DNA from: Paraspadella gotoi
Lineage: Eukaryota; Animalia; Chaetognatha
Assembly (NCBI GenBank): GCA_051294375.1
Contig: CM119271.1
Span: 1,936,929-2,000,928, forward strand
Direction: 5' to 3'
Length of the DNA: 64,000 nucleotides
This document shows, one piece after another, positions 43,329 to 57,837 of this stretch. The translations under genes and the position numbers were made by a program. The notes below the pieces were generated by a model. That model was given only the letters and a program-made list of their open reading frames with translations, did no database searches and was not told where the DNA came from. Position 1 is the stretch's first letter; every line of letters begins with the position of its first letter.

Positions 43329-45253
43329 TTTATATTAACTCTTATATTCTAAAAACGCCTTATTTCAGCCTAAATTCCGAATTAAGTTTTAAGCTTAAAG
43401 ATTAGAAAAAAGGGTTAGGGTTATTGATTATAGTTAGAGATTAGGAATAAGGGTTAGGCATAAGGTTTAGAATTTGAGTTAGGTTAAATATTTGTTAATT
43501 TGGAACAGAAATGGGGCGCTTTGAAAAATAGTGCTGATTATCGCATCGTGGCTTCATTATATCATTAGTATTTCACGACTATATCTCAAAAATTGGTATC
43601 TTTGTCTTTTTCGCCGTCTTGGTCGTTGTCGTCGGGGAATTTTCATTTAAGAGATGGAGAGAGAGAGATTGAAAAAAAAAAGAGTGAGAGAGAGAGAGAG
43701 AGGGGAAACCATAACATAGAGTCCAAGGGTCCAAATTATTTTTCTTTTCATTTGGATTTAGGCATCCTTATCTGCGACTAAGAGACAAAGAAAAAGAAGA
43801 AAAAAGAACGAGGAAATGAAAATAGAACCAGAGAAATAAATAAATAAATAAATAAACATAAATAAATAAATGAATAAATAAATAAATAAATAAAAAGGTG
43901 GAGGGAGAGAAAGGAAAAAAAAAGTAATAGAGAATAAGTCAAGTGGAAGGTTGAGAAATGAAGTGGGAACAAAAACGCGCCGCGGTTTGATTGAAAGAAA
44001 GATGAAAGGCAAAAGAGAGATAGAAAGAAAGAAAGAAAAGAAAGAAAGAAAGACTAAAAAAAACAAACAAAATAAACAATTCAACAAGAAATAAAAAAGG
44101 GGAAAAGAAATTATAATGAATAAGTTAAAATACATTTATTCTGTAGAAAAAAAGGATATAAAAACGATGGCAACAGACAAGAAAAAAAACTACAAGTAAA
44201 AAAAAAAAAAAGAATAAGAAAGTCAAGAAGCTTACTGTTCATTTACTTGATTAAATAACTAATTAATTAATTACTTTTTATACCAGGCGTCGACCTGCGG
44301 CGACGGAGTCTTGGACGCGGATTCGGGCGAAGAATGTGACGACGGAAACGACGACGCTGGCGACGACTGCATCGGTAAACAAACGAGAATTTTGAAAAAA
44401 CAAAAGGCAATCGGCGAAGTAAAAATCATATTTAAAAGGTTTAATTATATAATTTTAAACTGGGTTAGCGGAAAATGATAAATGATCATAAATTTGGATA
44501 TGAACAAAAACAAACCAACCGAACGTTGACAAACAACCCCTACTGAACTAAAAATTAAATGTTGAACCAGGGTTTCGATGCCAAAAGCTAAACAAATTGT
44601 TAATATTATTATTAAAAAAACAAAAAAACAAAGAACTCGAAGACGTTCAAAGACGCATTGAAAGATCATTTTTTAATTTTTTTTAAAATCCTTTTTTACT
44701 TTACAATTCAAAACTTTTGTAACAACGACTTTCGCGAGTGACGAGTCACACGATGGATGAAGGTTCTCACGCGTTTTATTTTGGTAGAAAAGAACAAGAA
44801 CGGTAATTTAAATGTGTTGCGCCGAAGTGATTGCCTGACGTGACATGACTACAATAACTTATTAACTTTCTTAGACCGTGTATTTATGACTTGCACTGCA
44901 TCAAAATTAAGTCTTTTATTCCTTATAGTTTAGGATTTTCTGAAACCAACTAAAGGCAAATTATAATATATTATATAATAATTTATATACATTTTTAACG
45001 TAAGTGGGACAGACCGACGGACAGACATACCGACCGACCGGCGGACTGACCGACAGACCGAAAGTGACTTTTAGAGTTGCTCCGCGAGTGCTCGCGGCGC
45101 AACTAAAAAGGATATGTCAAGAGTAATGACTTTTGGTCCGAAAAAAAATTGAAGGATTTTTTTTTTAAACTTGAACATTGAGCTTTTACTTTCACTTATT
45201 TTTATTTCCTTCTTTCTATGTTTAGTTTATTGGGTTTTTTTCGTTATGTCTTT

Positions 45254-45284
<31 letters not shown>

Positions 45285-45298
45285 ATATTTAATTATTT

Positions 45299-45367
<69 letters not shown>

Positions 45368-45851
45368 TTATTTATTTATTTATTTATTTATTTATTCAAT
45401 TAGTTAATTAATTAATTAATATCTATTCTTTCTTTTCTTCCGTCTATCTTTCTTTATTTACATTCTCTTTTCATTCAACTTGGCGTTCAAAATGAAAAAC
45501 TCTATGCCATTACGAATCGAGCCTTCCCGCCAGACGACGTCGCCATCGCTTAATGATTTCCAGCGACTGAAAAGCGTTTTGCTTTTCAGGTCGACGAGCG
45601 GGGAAGGGGAAGGGAAGAGAGAATGAACCCGAGTTCGAATCTCTCGTCCCTATTGCGTCCATTATCCAATGTCCATTTTTTTCAACGTTCCTATTTCCGT
45701 CATCGGTGACGTCAAAATCGCGAATGAAGAGAAAAATTATGTATAATTTTTTTTCATTCTTTTTTGAATAAAAAAAAATAATTCAGAGTTTATTTATTGT
45801 TTTATATTTATTAAGGACTTACGTCTCTCCACTCTTAGTTACGGAATCATA

Positions 45852-45936
<85 letters not shown>

Positions 45937-47065
45937 AGAATTTTTGAAGAGTCCTGTTTACTGAGAAAGTTTTCCACTCCTTTGATTTTATCGGCGCCTG
46001 AAGTCTCTTCATACTTACAACAAAGAGAGATGAATGTTGTTGACGGCAACACTATATCTAAAACAGTAACGCTGCAAAAAGGTGCACCACAGGGAGGATA
46101 ATCAGTCCAAACATCTTTACTTTTTACGTGGACGATATTCCAACCCAACATAGTTTGGTAAGCAGGGGTGCAAAGTATGCAGACGACACATCCATCTGGG
46201 CGAGCGGGAAAACTCTAGATGAAGCAAAAGACAAACTACAACCAGTTCTCAACAAAATTGTAAGATGGTGTGAAACCTGGCAACTACAATTATCACCAGG
46301 TAAATCAGTTGCAACCATTTTTAGTAGGTGTCCAAGCCATCATAATAGTTCTATAGAACTTTACCTCGGCGATGACAAAGTTGTTTTCAACAAGGAATTG
46401 AAACTGCTTGGGATGGTCCTAGACAATAAACTACAATGGAGCAAATTCATTGACCAACTCACTGACAAAGCAAAAACAAAAATCATGGCCATCAAAAAAC
46501 TAGCAAACAAGAATAAACATAAAGATCTGTTTTCACTTCTATTTTTGATTACTCCAGTGTCATCTGGCTTACAATGTCCGATCATCAGTGGTCTAAATTA
46601 GAGAAGCTACATTTGAGAGCCATAAGAACATTTTTAAATCTTCCAATCCATACATCAGCAAAGCTCGTATACGATGCAGCAGGAGAATTCTCCCTCAAAA
46701 ACAAAATCATCTCAAGAGCCAAAGGAAGGCTAGAAAACATCATCAAAAACAATTCATTTTTCGAGACATCTTAGAAGAATTGAACTTGACGACCCTAAGA
46801 CGTACAAATCTCCAATTACATTTTGTTTACCAAGAGGATAGAACATCTAATCATTGTTATCTTAAATTTTACGGTTTTGATTGTCCTAACCACACTAATT
46901 TTTAAATAGTGTTCTACAACTATTTCCGTTGTAATGTTTGGTATCTTAAATGTTGAACAGTCATCTGTTGTTATGCGTAACGATATTAATATCTGAGCCA
47001 AAAGGCTACATAGGCCGCAATAGGCGTGCCCAAGGCCGTATTCGTTATATTCATTCATTCATTCA

Positions 47066-47150
<85 letters not shown>

Positions 47151-47628
47151 CTCTCCACCCTCTCTCCAACTTTCCATTTCCATCTATTCCATAAAAACCC
47201 CTTGCTCTTTTGTCCTCCTAATTTCTCAGGCTGCCGCTTGGCGCGCTGCGGTGACGGACGCGTCAACGAAGGTCGCGAGGAATGCGACGGACGAGATTTC
47301 GGCGGCCGGGACTGTCAAGATTACCGACCCGGGTAAGGTCGTAGGGGGAAGGCCGATCGGTCCAAGTTAGACCATTATGTTAAAACGTTTGAACAAAAAA
47401 CTCTATACTGCACATTTTTTTATTTGATTAATAGTCCAGTAGTTATCATCATCTGTCAACTGTTTGAATCTGCTATTAGTAATATTTATTATTAGTTTAT
47501 AAATATTCATTTTTTCAAGAACCTTCGGCGAGCTGATCTGCACCAGCGATTGTCGCGTCAACGCCAGACGATGTCGTCGCTACAACAACTACAGATCACG
47601 ACTTCGAGACGAAAACTACAATTTGTAG
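41851..47628 (+). CDS. COLQ: ColQ-like collagen (acetylcholinesterase collagenic tail-like), 5' exons not identified; exons 41851-42054, 42311-42598 (1-nt insertion near 42444), 44287-44374, 47230-47332, 47520-47628
   Basis: Gly-X-Y blocks, then trimerisation segment VIFNNEAAM...[23 protein letters not shown] and Cys-rich end [84 protein letters not shown]. The Cys spacing matches vertebrate ColQ as remembered. Splice phases are consistent. Confidence 0.85.
43345..43533. mobile_element. MITE-like element with a TTAGGG-like array (duplicate at ~56198-56387)
   Basis: TATTCTAAAAACGCCTTATTTC ... GAAATGGGGCGCTTTGAAAAATA inverted ends, the same family as the 29184 copy. Confidence 0.65.
44795..45110 (-). 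mobile_element. DINE-1/HINE-like non-autonomous element (duplicates at ~48270-48586 and ~49115-49435)
   Basis: Subterminal inverted repeats GTTGCGCCG / CGGCGCAAC, hairpin CCGCGAGTGCTCGCGG and a GACN microsatellite. Homologous to the 30770-31070 element. Confidence 0.6.
45936..47071 (+). mobile_element. 5'-truncated, degenerate non-LTR retrotransposon (LINE; RT C-terminal half plus 3' UTR) in a ColQ-like intron
   Basis: GAPQG..IISP..F.FYVDDIP, KYADDT, W...[10 protein letters not shown] and [13 protein letters not shown] motifs with frameshifts. Ends in an (ATTC)n tail. Confidence 0.9.
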
Positions 47629-47756
47629 TCAACTTGTACTATATTGTAACATAGTCGATGTCATTTTTCTTTCGTTCTCCACTCTCGCCCAAACTTTCTC
47701 CAGGCCAGTCTTTTTTTAACGAAACATTATCTTCTCTTTCTTTTTTAACTTTTTTT

Positions 47757-48586
<830 letters not shown>

Positions 48587-48611
48587 NNNNNNNNNNNNNN
48601 NNNNNNNNNNN

Positions 48612-49577
48612 TCGACCTGCGGCCGACGGAGTCTTGGACGCGGATTCGGGCGAAGAATGTGACGACGGAAACGACGACCGCTGGCGACGACTGCATCGGT
48701 AAACAAACGAGAATTTTGAAAAAACAAACGCAATCGGCCCGAAGTAAAAATCATATTAAAAGTTTTAATTATATAATTTTAACTGGGTTACGGAAAATGA
48801 TAAATGATCATAAATTTGGATATGAACAAAAACAAACCAACCGAACGTTGACAAACAACCCTACTGAACTAAAAATTAAATGTTGAACCAGGGTTTCGAT
48901 GCCAAAGCTAAACAAAATTGTTAATATTATTATTAAAAAAACAAAAAAACAAGAACTCGAAGACGTTCAAAGACGCATTGAAAGATCATTTTTAATTTTT
49001 TTTTAAATCCTTTTTTACTTTACAATTCAATAACTTTTGTAACAACGACTTTCGCGAGTGACGAGTCACACGATGGATGAAGGTTCTCACGCGTTTTATT
49101 TTGGTAGAAAAGAACAAGAACGGTAATGTTAAATGTGTTGCGCCGAAGTGATTGCCTGACGTGACATGACTACAATAACTTATTAACTTTCTTAGACCGT
49201 GTATCTTTATGACTTGCACTGCATCAAAATTAAGTCCTTTTATTCCTTATAGTTTAGGATTTCTGAACCAACTAAAGGCAAATTATATATATAAATTATA
49301 TAATAATTTATATACATTTTTAACGTAAGTGGGACAGACCCGACGGACAGACATACGACCCGACCGGCGGACTGCGACAGACCGAAAAGTGACTTTTAGA
49401 GTTGCTCCGCGAGTGCTCGCGGCGCAACTAAAAAGGATAGTCAAGAGTAATGACTTTTTGGTCCGAAAAAAAATTGAAGGATTTTTTTTTAACTTGAACA
49501 TTTGAGCTTTTACTTTCACTTATTTTTTAATTTCTTCTTTCTATGTTTAGTTTATGGGTTTTTTCGTTATGTCTTTT

Positions 49578-49608
<31 letters not shown>

Positions 49609-49682
49609 ATATTTAATTATTTAATTATTTATTTATTTATTTATTTTTATTTATTTATTTTATTTATTTATTTTATTTAATT

Positions 49683-49718
<36 letters not shown>

Positions 49719-50185
49719 TATTATTTATCAATTAGTTACATTAATTAATTAATATCTATTCTTTCCTTTTCTTCCGTCTATCTTCTTTATTTACATTCTC
49801 TTTTCATTCAACTTGGCGTTCAAAGAATGAAAAACTCTATTGCCATTAGAATCGAGCCTTCCCGCCAGCCGACGTCGCCATCGCTTAATGATTCCAGCGA
49901 CTGAAAAGCGTTTTGCTTTTCAGGTCGACCGAGCGGGGAAGGGGAAGGGAAGAGAGAATGAACCCGAGTTCGAATCTCTCGTCCCTATTGCGGTCCATTA
50001 TCCAATGTCCATTTTTTTCAACGTTCTAATTTCCGTCATCGGTGAGTCAAAAATCGCGAATGAAGAGAAATTATGTATAATATTTTTTTCATTCTTTTTT
50101 GAATAAAAAAAATAATTCAGAGTTTATTTATTGTTTTATATTTATTAAGGACTTACGTCTCTCCACTCTTAGTTACGGAATCATA

Positions 50186-50263
<78 letters not shown>

Positions 50264-51391
50264 GAGAGAGACAGAATTTTTGAAGAGTCCCATGTTTACT
50301 GAGAAAGTTTTCCACTCCTTTGATTTATCGGCGCCTGAAGTCTCTTCATACTTACAACAAAGAGAGATGAATGTTGTTGACGGCAACACTATATCTAAAA
50401 CAGTAACGCTGCAAAAAGGGTGCACCAACAGGGAGGGATAATCAGTCCAAACATCTTTACTTTTTACGTGGACGATATTCCAACCCAACATAGTTTGGTA
50501 AGCAGGGGTGCAAAGTATGCAGACGACACATCCATCTGGGCGAGCGGGAAAACTCTAGATGAAGCAAAAAGACAAACTACAACCAGTTCTCAACAAAATT
50601 GTAAGATGGTGTGAAACCTGGCAACTACAATTATCACCAGGTAAATCAGTTGCAACCATTTTTTAGTAGGTGTCCAAGCCATCATAATAGTTCTATAGAA
50701 CTTTACCTCGGCGATGACAAAGTTGTTTTTCAAACAAGGAATTGAAACTGCTTGGATGGTCCTAGACAATAAACTACAATGGAGCAAATTCATTGACCAA
50801 ACTCACTGACAAAGCAAAACAAAAATCATGGCCATCAAAAAACTAGATCTGTGTTTTCACTTCTATTTTTGAATTACTCAGTGTCATCTGGCTTACAATG
50901 TCCGATCATCAGTGGTCTAAATTAGAGAAGCTACATTTGAGAGCCATAAGAACATTTTTAAATCTTCCAATCCATACATCAGCAAAGCTCGTATACGATG
51001 CAGCAGGAGAATTCTCCCTCAAAAACAAAATCATCTCCAAGAGCCAAAGGAAAGGCTAGAAACATCATCAAAAACAATTCATTTTTCGAGACATCTTAGA
51101 AGAATTGAACTTGACGACCCTAAGACGTACAAATCTCCAATTACATTTTGTTTACCAAGAGGATAGAACATCTAATCATTGTTATCTTAAATTTTACGGT
51201 TTTGATTGTCCTAACCACACTAATTTTTAAATAGTGTTCTACAACTATTTCCGTTGTAATGTTTGGTATCTTAAATGTTGAACAGTCATCTGTTGTTATG
51301 CGTAACGATATTAATATCTGAGCCAAAAGGCTACATAGGCCGCAATAGGCGTGCCCAAGGCCGTATTCGTTTATATTCATTCATTCATTCA

Positions 51392-51470
<79 letters not shown>

Positions 51471-52095
51471 TCTCTCTCTCTCCCCTCTCCCCACCCTCTC
51501 TCCAACTTTCCATTTCCATCTATTCCATAAAAACCCCTTGCTCTTTTGTCCTCCTATTTCTCAGGCTGCCGCTTTGGCGCGCTGCGGTGACGGACGCGTC
51601 AACGAAGGTCGCGAGGAATGCGACGAGACGAGATTTCGGCGGCCGGGACTGTCAAGATTACCGACCCGGGTAAGGTCGTAGGGGGAAGGCCGATCGGTCC
51701 AAGTTAGACCATTATGTTTAAAACGTTGAACAAAAAACTCTATACTGCACATTTTTTTATTTGATTAATAGTCCAGTAGTTATCATCATCTGTCAACTGT
51801 TGAATCTGCTATTAGTAATATTTATTATTAGTTTATAAATATTCATTTTTTCAAGAACCTTCGGCGAGCTGATCTGCACCAGCGATTGTCGCGTCAACGC
51901 CAGACGATGTCGTCGCTACAACAACTACAGATCACGACTTCGAGACGAAAACTACAATTTGTAGTCAACTTGTACTATATTGTAACATAGTCGATTGTCA
52001 TTTTTCTTTCGTTCTCCCACTCTCGCCCAAACTTTCTCCAGGCCAGTCTTTTTTTAACGAAACATTATCTTCTCTTTCTTTTTTTAACTTTTTTT
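48612..52095 (+). repeat. Direct second copy of ~44290-47755 (last ColQ-like exons and the LINE, with extra indels)
   Basis: Near-identical sequence. Exon copies at ~48612-48698, ~51565-51669 and ~51856-51964. LINE copy at ~50270-51400. Confidence 0.92.
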
Positions 52096-53751
52096 TTCTT
52101 TTATAAATATTGTCTTCTTTCCTTTCTCATTTCTCTTTTTTTCCCCCCAATGCCTTCCTTTTCCTGTCTTTGGAACTTTACTCATTCTCTTTTTCCTTTC
52201 TTTCTCCCTAACCTTTTCTCCCTTACCCATCGGCCGAATAAATATATTTATATTCATTTCTTGTTTTGTTTATTAAAACGAATCCCATTTACGTTCTTCT
52301 CATTTGTAAACGTTTGTTTATACAAAAAAAAATTAAAATATCATCTCGTGACGGGCTTTTGGTTTCGAAATGAGTAAACTAGTATGAGAGAAAAACTATA
52401 TGAATAATTCTATAATGACTATAATAATGACTATCCCTTCAGAAAATTCTCATTCGTTTGATAAAAAAATATAGTCATTCTTATTATTATTATTCCCAAC
52501 AATAAAAATGTTTAGTTTTTTCGAGTCAATGAAAACGTCCAATTTTCTTACGATCTTCGACCAACAATGAGGTTGCGTTTATTTGACCAAAAGCAGTTGA
52601 GACGTCAGCTTTAAACGATTACAAATCGAAGCCACACGTGGTCTGAAAGCTATCCAACTTTCGAATGGAACTCACTCTCACTTCGTGTCTCTCTCTCTCT
52701 CTCTAAAAGCATTCTATATTTAAAAGACAAGCCGCCAGTTCATTGCACTATGTCTCATGTATGTAATCTCTTTAAACTGCTATCACCGGCTTCAGAAAAC
52801 TTAGGAATCCTATAATCTCATTTGCATATTAAGCGTTTTTCGCGTCGTAACCTAAAAACGATCGCCTATTATTAGCCCAGCAGAGAGAAATCTTATCTCC
52901 TAGAAAAAGAAAGATTAGGGACGAATTCGTCGAAAAGTCACGTGATGACTTCGTCGCTGAGATTTCTAAGGATAGAATAGCGCGGATCTGGGGACATCGT
53001 CGCTGGGATAATAAAGAGAGAAAAGGTTTAAGACATGACGCTCAATATGGACGATCGTTTCAAAAACTAAATTAGTCTTAAATTATGACCTCATTTAATG
53101 AAAGCTTAAAAGCTTAACGTCCTCCATGGTAAAAGTTATTTCATGAATAAATTTCTAACTGCGTAGCAAGTAAATAATAATCTAGCAAATTTCGCATTTG
53201 ATAAATTTATACTAAAACTTTCGTTTCGAATCTGCTATCTTATTGAACAACGAAAAAGAGAGAAAAATTACACAATGATAAATTTTATTAAAGAAATAAA
53301 TAGGCAAACATTTTTTCTTGGGCGAACAATGATGAAAAGACAAGATCATTTTCGATAATAGGATTGACAAGGGATATTAATTTGATGGGGAAAAAAAAAT
53401 AAACGGTGAAACTTGACATATTATTAGGAAATTCTGATATAGTAATAATAAAAAATGATTTCGGGCTCGTGAGAATGAGAACGAATCGAGAAGACATGCG
53501 GACAAAACTAATCAGGAATTGTCAGAGATGGAATGCACCTTTCCTTAAGACTGGTAGTTTAATTTTAGAGTCAAATATTGTTACAATGATATTCACCGAA
53601 CGGAAAACGTGACGAAAATAAATTACGAGCTCTGGAATAAACGGACCAATTAATATGAAAGTGAGGTGTTGGTTGTGGACGGAATCACGAATTAAACAAA
53701 AAGTCGGTTGAGACCAAGAGAATATCGTCGTCCGCCGTCGTCTTATTATCA

Positions 53752-54769
53752 CCGACGCCTCATCGTTACGCCGCAAAAACGACGCCGATGACGCCGAGCC
53801 ACGACGCCGCTCTCCCTCTCACAAGCGCCGCTCGACGACGCCCGACGCCAACCCGCCAAAACTTTGACGCTCGGCTTTTCGTTCCGGATGTCGCCATTCG
53901 CCTTCGACTACGGCCCGACTTGCGACGCCGGATTCTCGTGGCGCCGGTATTTCGTTTGCGGTTGACGCCGCGCGAGAATCCCAAGGCGTCGAGGATGGAA
54001 TGTTGGGCGGCGTTGACGGCGTCGTCTTCGAAATCCCGGCGCTTTTTCAGAGTTTAAAACGTCTCGTGGCGAAGCGGCGCCGACGTCGAGATTCAAGATG
54101 GCGTTCCCGGCGTTCTTTGACTCAGCAGGCGTTCCGGGCGTCGAGGGCGCGCTCGTTAATCGACTCCCTTCGACTCTAAACGCGATGCGAAGATTTTTAT
54201 CGCCGCAAAGTCCGCCACGCGTGTTGGCGATGCCGTCTTTACTTCCGGTCGAAGTCGAGACGAAATAATAGACTCGCCCGGATTCGAATTGAAGTCCGTT
54301 GGGCAGCGGAGAAAATCGACGGAAATGGATCGTGTATTTGTTGAGGCGTCGGGGGGCGGTCGCAGTCGAAGATCCATCGGGTCGTGGAGGCGCTGTCGTC
54401 GGAGAGATCGCCGACGTTCTCGTCGACGCTGCAGGCGCGGAATTGGCGTCGCGTGACGCGATGGAAGCGCGTCACTTCGTGGGAGGTGGCGTTGTGAGCG
54501 CGTCTTTAGGGTAAAATGGACAGAAGATGTCGATTTTATCGGCCGAGACGAAAACGTCGACTGTGAGGGCGTTGTGATCGCCACTTCCGGCGGCGGAGGC
54601 GCGGCGAAGGAGGGGTTGGACGAATTCCAGTGGACGGGATTTAAAGTCCGGGATAAGCGGTGACGGTTGGGGTGGTGATGGGCGGAGTGGCGGAGGTGGT
54701 GGCGGGTAGAGACAGGTGGAAGGCGAGGAGGAGGAGTGGGAAGAGCGAGAGGAGGGGTGGGGTAGTCAT
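53752..54769 (-). pseudogene. Second, frameshifted ephrin copy within an inverted duplicate (~52095-55459) of ~36875-40217; likely alternate haplotype or error-containing duplicate
   Basis: Reverse complement is nearly identical to 37552-38571 but has multiple small indels. Confidence 0.8.
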
Positions 54770-55303
54770 TGTGAGTGAGGGTGGGTGGGAGGGTGAAAGA
54801 TTAACGCTGGACGGAGGCACAAAACTTCCGGAACCAAAGGTCGTTTGAATTTTTTTTTTTTTTTCTTCACGATTCGTTGGTCAAACTAAATTAGATTGTC
54901 GATTCGAATTTCAGGTCCGTTTGGTCTAAACTTTTTTTTTTTTTTAGATTAGAAAGGAAATTAAATCGGAATGAGGGAAATTTTTTTGATCTTTATGTTT
55001 TTCGCATCGAAATTTTTCGATTAGAAAATTAATTTTTGAAATTTTTTTTTTTATTTATTCGCCAACGAGTTGCGGTCAGTTTTAAATTAATTTAATTCCG
55101 TCGTGATTTAAAAGCTCGGTGACTTGGCTTTTTTTTTTTCGTGAGAGACCAAACGAGACGGAATAAGGAAGATTAAGATAAAGAGAGAAAGAGATTGTGA
55201 GAGACAGAGAGAGTGTGTGAGAGACGGAGAGCAACCGACGAGAAACCAGGAAGGCGTCAAAATGAGGGAGAGCGAAAGTTCGTTGAGGGTTTTTGTACCT
55301 CGG

Positions 55304-55414
<111 letters not shown>

Positions 55415-55681
55415 GAGAGAGAGGGAGAGAGAGAGAGAGAGCTTTTGTTATTTTTTTTCGCCTGGTATAAAAAGTAATTAATTAATTAGTTATTTAATTA
55501 AGTAAATGAACAGTATGCTTCTTGACTTTCTTATTCTTTTTTTTTCTTGTAGTTTTTTCTTGTCTGTTGCCATCGTTTTATATCCTTTTTTTCTACAGAA
55601 TAAATTTATTTTAACTTATTATAATTTCTTTTCCCGTTTTTTCTTTCTTTGTTGAATTGTTTATTTTGTTTGTTTTTTTAG

Positions 55682-55712
<31 letters not shown>

Positions 55713-57120
55713 ATCTCTCTTTTGCCTTTCATCTTTCTTTCAATCAACCGCGGCGCGTTTTTGTTCCCACTTCATTTCTCAACCTTCCACTTGACTTATT
55801 CTCTATTACTTTTTTTTTCCTTTCTCTCCCTCCACCTTTTTATTTATTTATTTATTTATTCATTTATTTATTTATGTTTATTTATTTATTTATTTATTTC
55901 TCTGGTTCTATTTTCATTTCCTCGTTCTTTTTTTCTTTTTTTCTTTGTCTCTTAGTCGCAGATAAGGATGCCTAAATCCAAATGAAAAGAAAAATAATTT
56001 GGACCCTTGGACTCTATGTTATGGTTTCCCCTCTCTCTCTCTCTCTCACTCTTTTTTTTCAATCTCTCTCTCTCCATCTCTTAAATGAAAATTCCCCGAC
56101 GACAACGACCAAGACGGCGAAAAAGACAAAGATACCAATTTTTGAGATATAGTCGTGAAATACTAATGATATAATGAAGCCACGATGCGATAATCAGCAC
56201 TATTTTTCAAAAGCGCCCCATTTCTGTTCCAAATTAACAAATATTTAACCTAACTCAAATTCTAAACCTTATGCCTAACCCTTATTCCTAATCTCTAACT
56301 ATAATCAATAACCCTAACCCTTTTTCTAATCTTTAAGCTTAAAACTTAATTCGGAATTTAGGCTGAAATAAGGCGTTTTTAGAATATAAGAGTTAATATA
56401 AAACGACGACGACGACGACGACGACGACGTCTGAAAGGAAAGATAATGACGACGACGGCGAAACTAATCAACGGCAGACAAACGACTTCCGCCATTAAGC
56501 TTTGTGAGTTCTCGCCATTCCCGTGCATTTGCAGAGAAACATCTTGAGCGACCCGCTATTTTTTGTGTCTTACTTTGTATTGTTTCTTTCTCTTCGTTTA
56601 AATTAAAAATGCAATGTAATAAACCATCGACAAAATACAGTTTATTGCTTTTGTCGTAAAAATAAGAAATTTACTGTGTAATCCTTAACAAGTTCGTTAC
56701 AAATACAAATAATATCTAATTGGAAACATCGGAAAGTTAATTAACTATTTGGTGTATAGAAGACAACACTAACCTTCCTCACGCTCTCAAGTCTCATATA
56801 TACTCAAATATGCTAATTTTAAAATTTTTAATTGTTAGAATCTTAAAATAAGTTGTACCGAGCTAAAAATGTTTTTCTTTAATTCACATAAGATTATACT
56901 TTAATAAAATTAAAACAATATTTTTTTCTTATTTTCCAAAAAAAAACATTTTTGTAAAAATAAGGTAAAACAAAAAATCTTGTAACATTCATAAAAAAGT
57001 ATTTAAAACTACAATATATATATCTTGTGTTCTTAATTCTCAACCTCACCCCTTACCTCACGATCCCCCCCCCCTGCCGATTTTTCCCTTACCCTCCAAA
57101 GCCTGACCCAACCCCCTCAC

Positions 57121-57837
57121 CCTGATGGCCCTCCATGTCACGTGATCCCTAAAGTAGATCTGCTTGGTGTCCGTCCTGTAAGCCAACAGCCCTTCCAACG
57201 ACACCCCGGCCATCGCGGCTTCGTTGTTGAAGATGACGAGTCCGGGAACGCCGGGCGGACCGCGGGGTCCGCTCGTGCCGGGAGAGCCGTCCGTGCCCGG
57301 CCGGCCTTGAAGGCCTCGCGGGCCTTGCGGGCCGCGGGGGCCCATGACGGGGTTTCCGCCCGGGAGGTGGAAAGGCCGGGAGGGTGGGGCTGCGATCGCC
57401 TGGGCGGCCTGCGGAGGGGGTTGAGAAGAGGGAGAGGGGGGAGAGAGAGAGAGAGAGAGAGGTGTTGCAAAATATGGTTTTGTTTGACAAACAGACACAC
57501 TTTGTCAGAGTCAGACAAACAGACAGATAGACAGACAGACAAAAAAAAGTGAGAAAAGCAAACTTTGTTAAAGAGAGAGACAGAGACAGAGACAGATACA
57601 GACAGGAAGATACAAAGAGACTTTTCCACTCACCCGGAGGCCCCGGCGGGCCCGGCAATCCCGGGATGCCCCTCGGTCCACTGGAGCCCGTCGAGCCATG
57701 TCGACCGCGCCGGCCCCGCTCGCCTTTGGGCCCGACCGGCCCTGGCACGCCGGGTAGACCCATGGGGCCGGGCAGGCCGTCGCGACCGGAGGGACCTGCG
57801 ATGCCGGGCGGACCGGGAGGGCATTCGGTGCAGGAAC
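57121..57837 (-). pseudogene. Second copy of two ColQ-like collagen exons within an inverted duplicate (~55459-59341) of ~40247-44289
   Basis: Same [12 protein letters not shown].. and [11 protein letters not shown].. exons. The frameshift is at a different site than in the + copy, and there are a few substitutions (LQGRPG vs LPGRSG). Confidence 0.8.
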
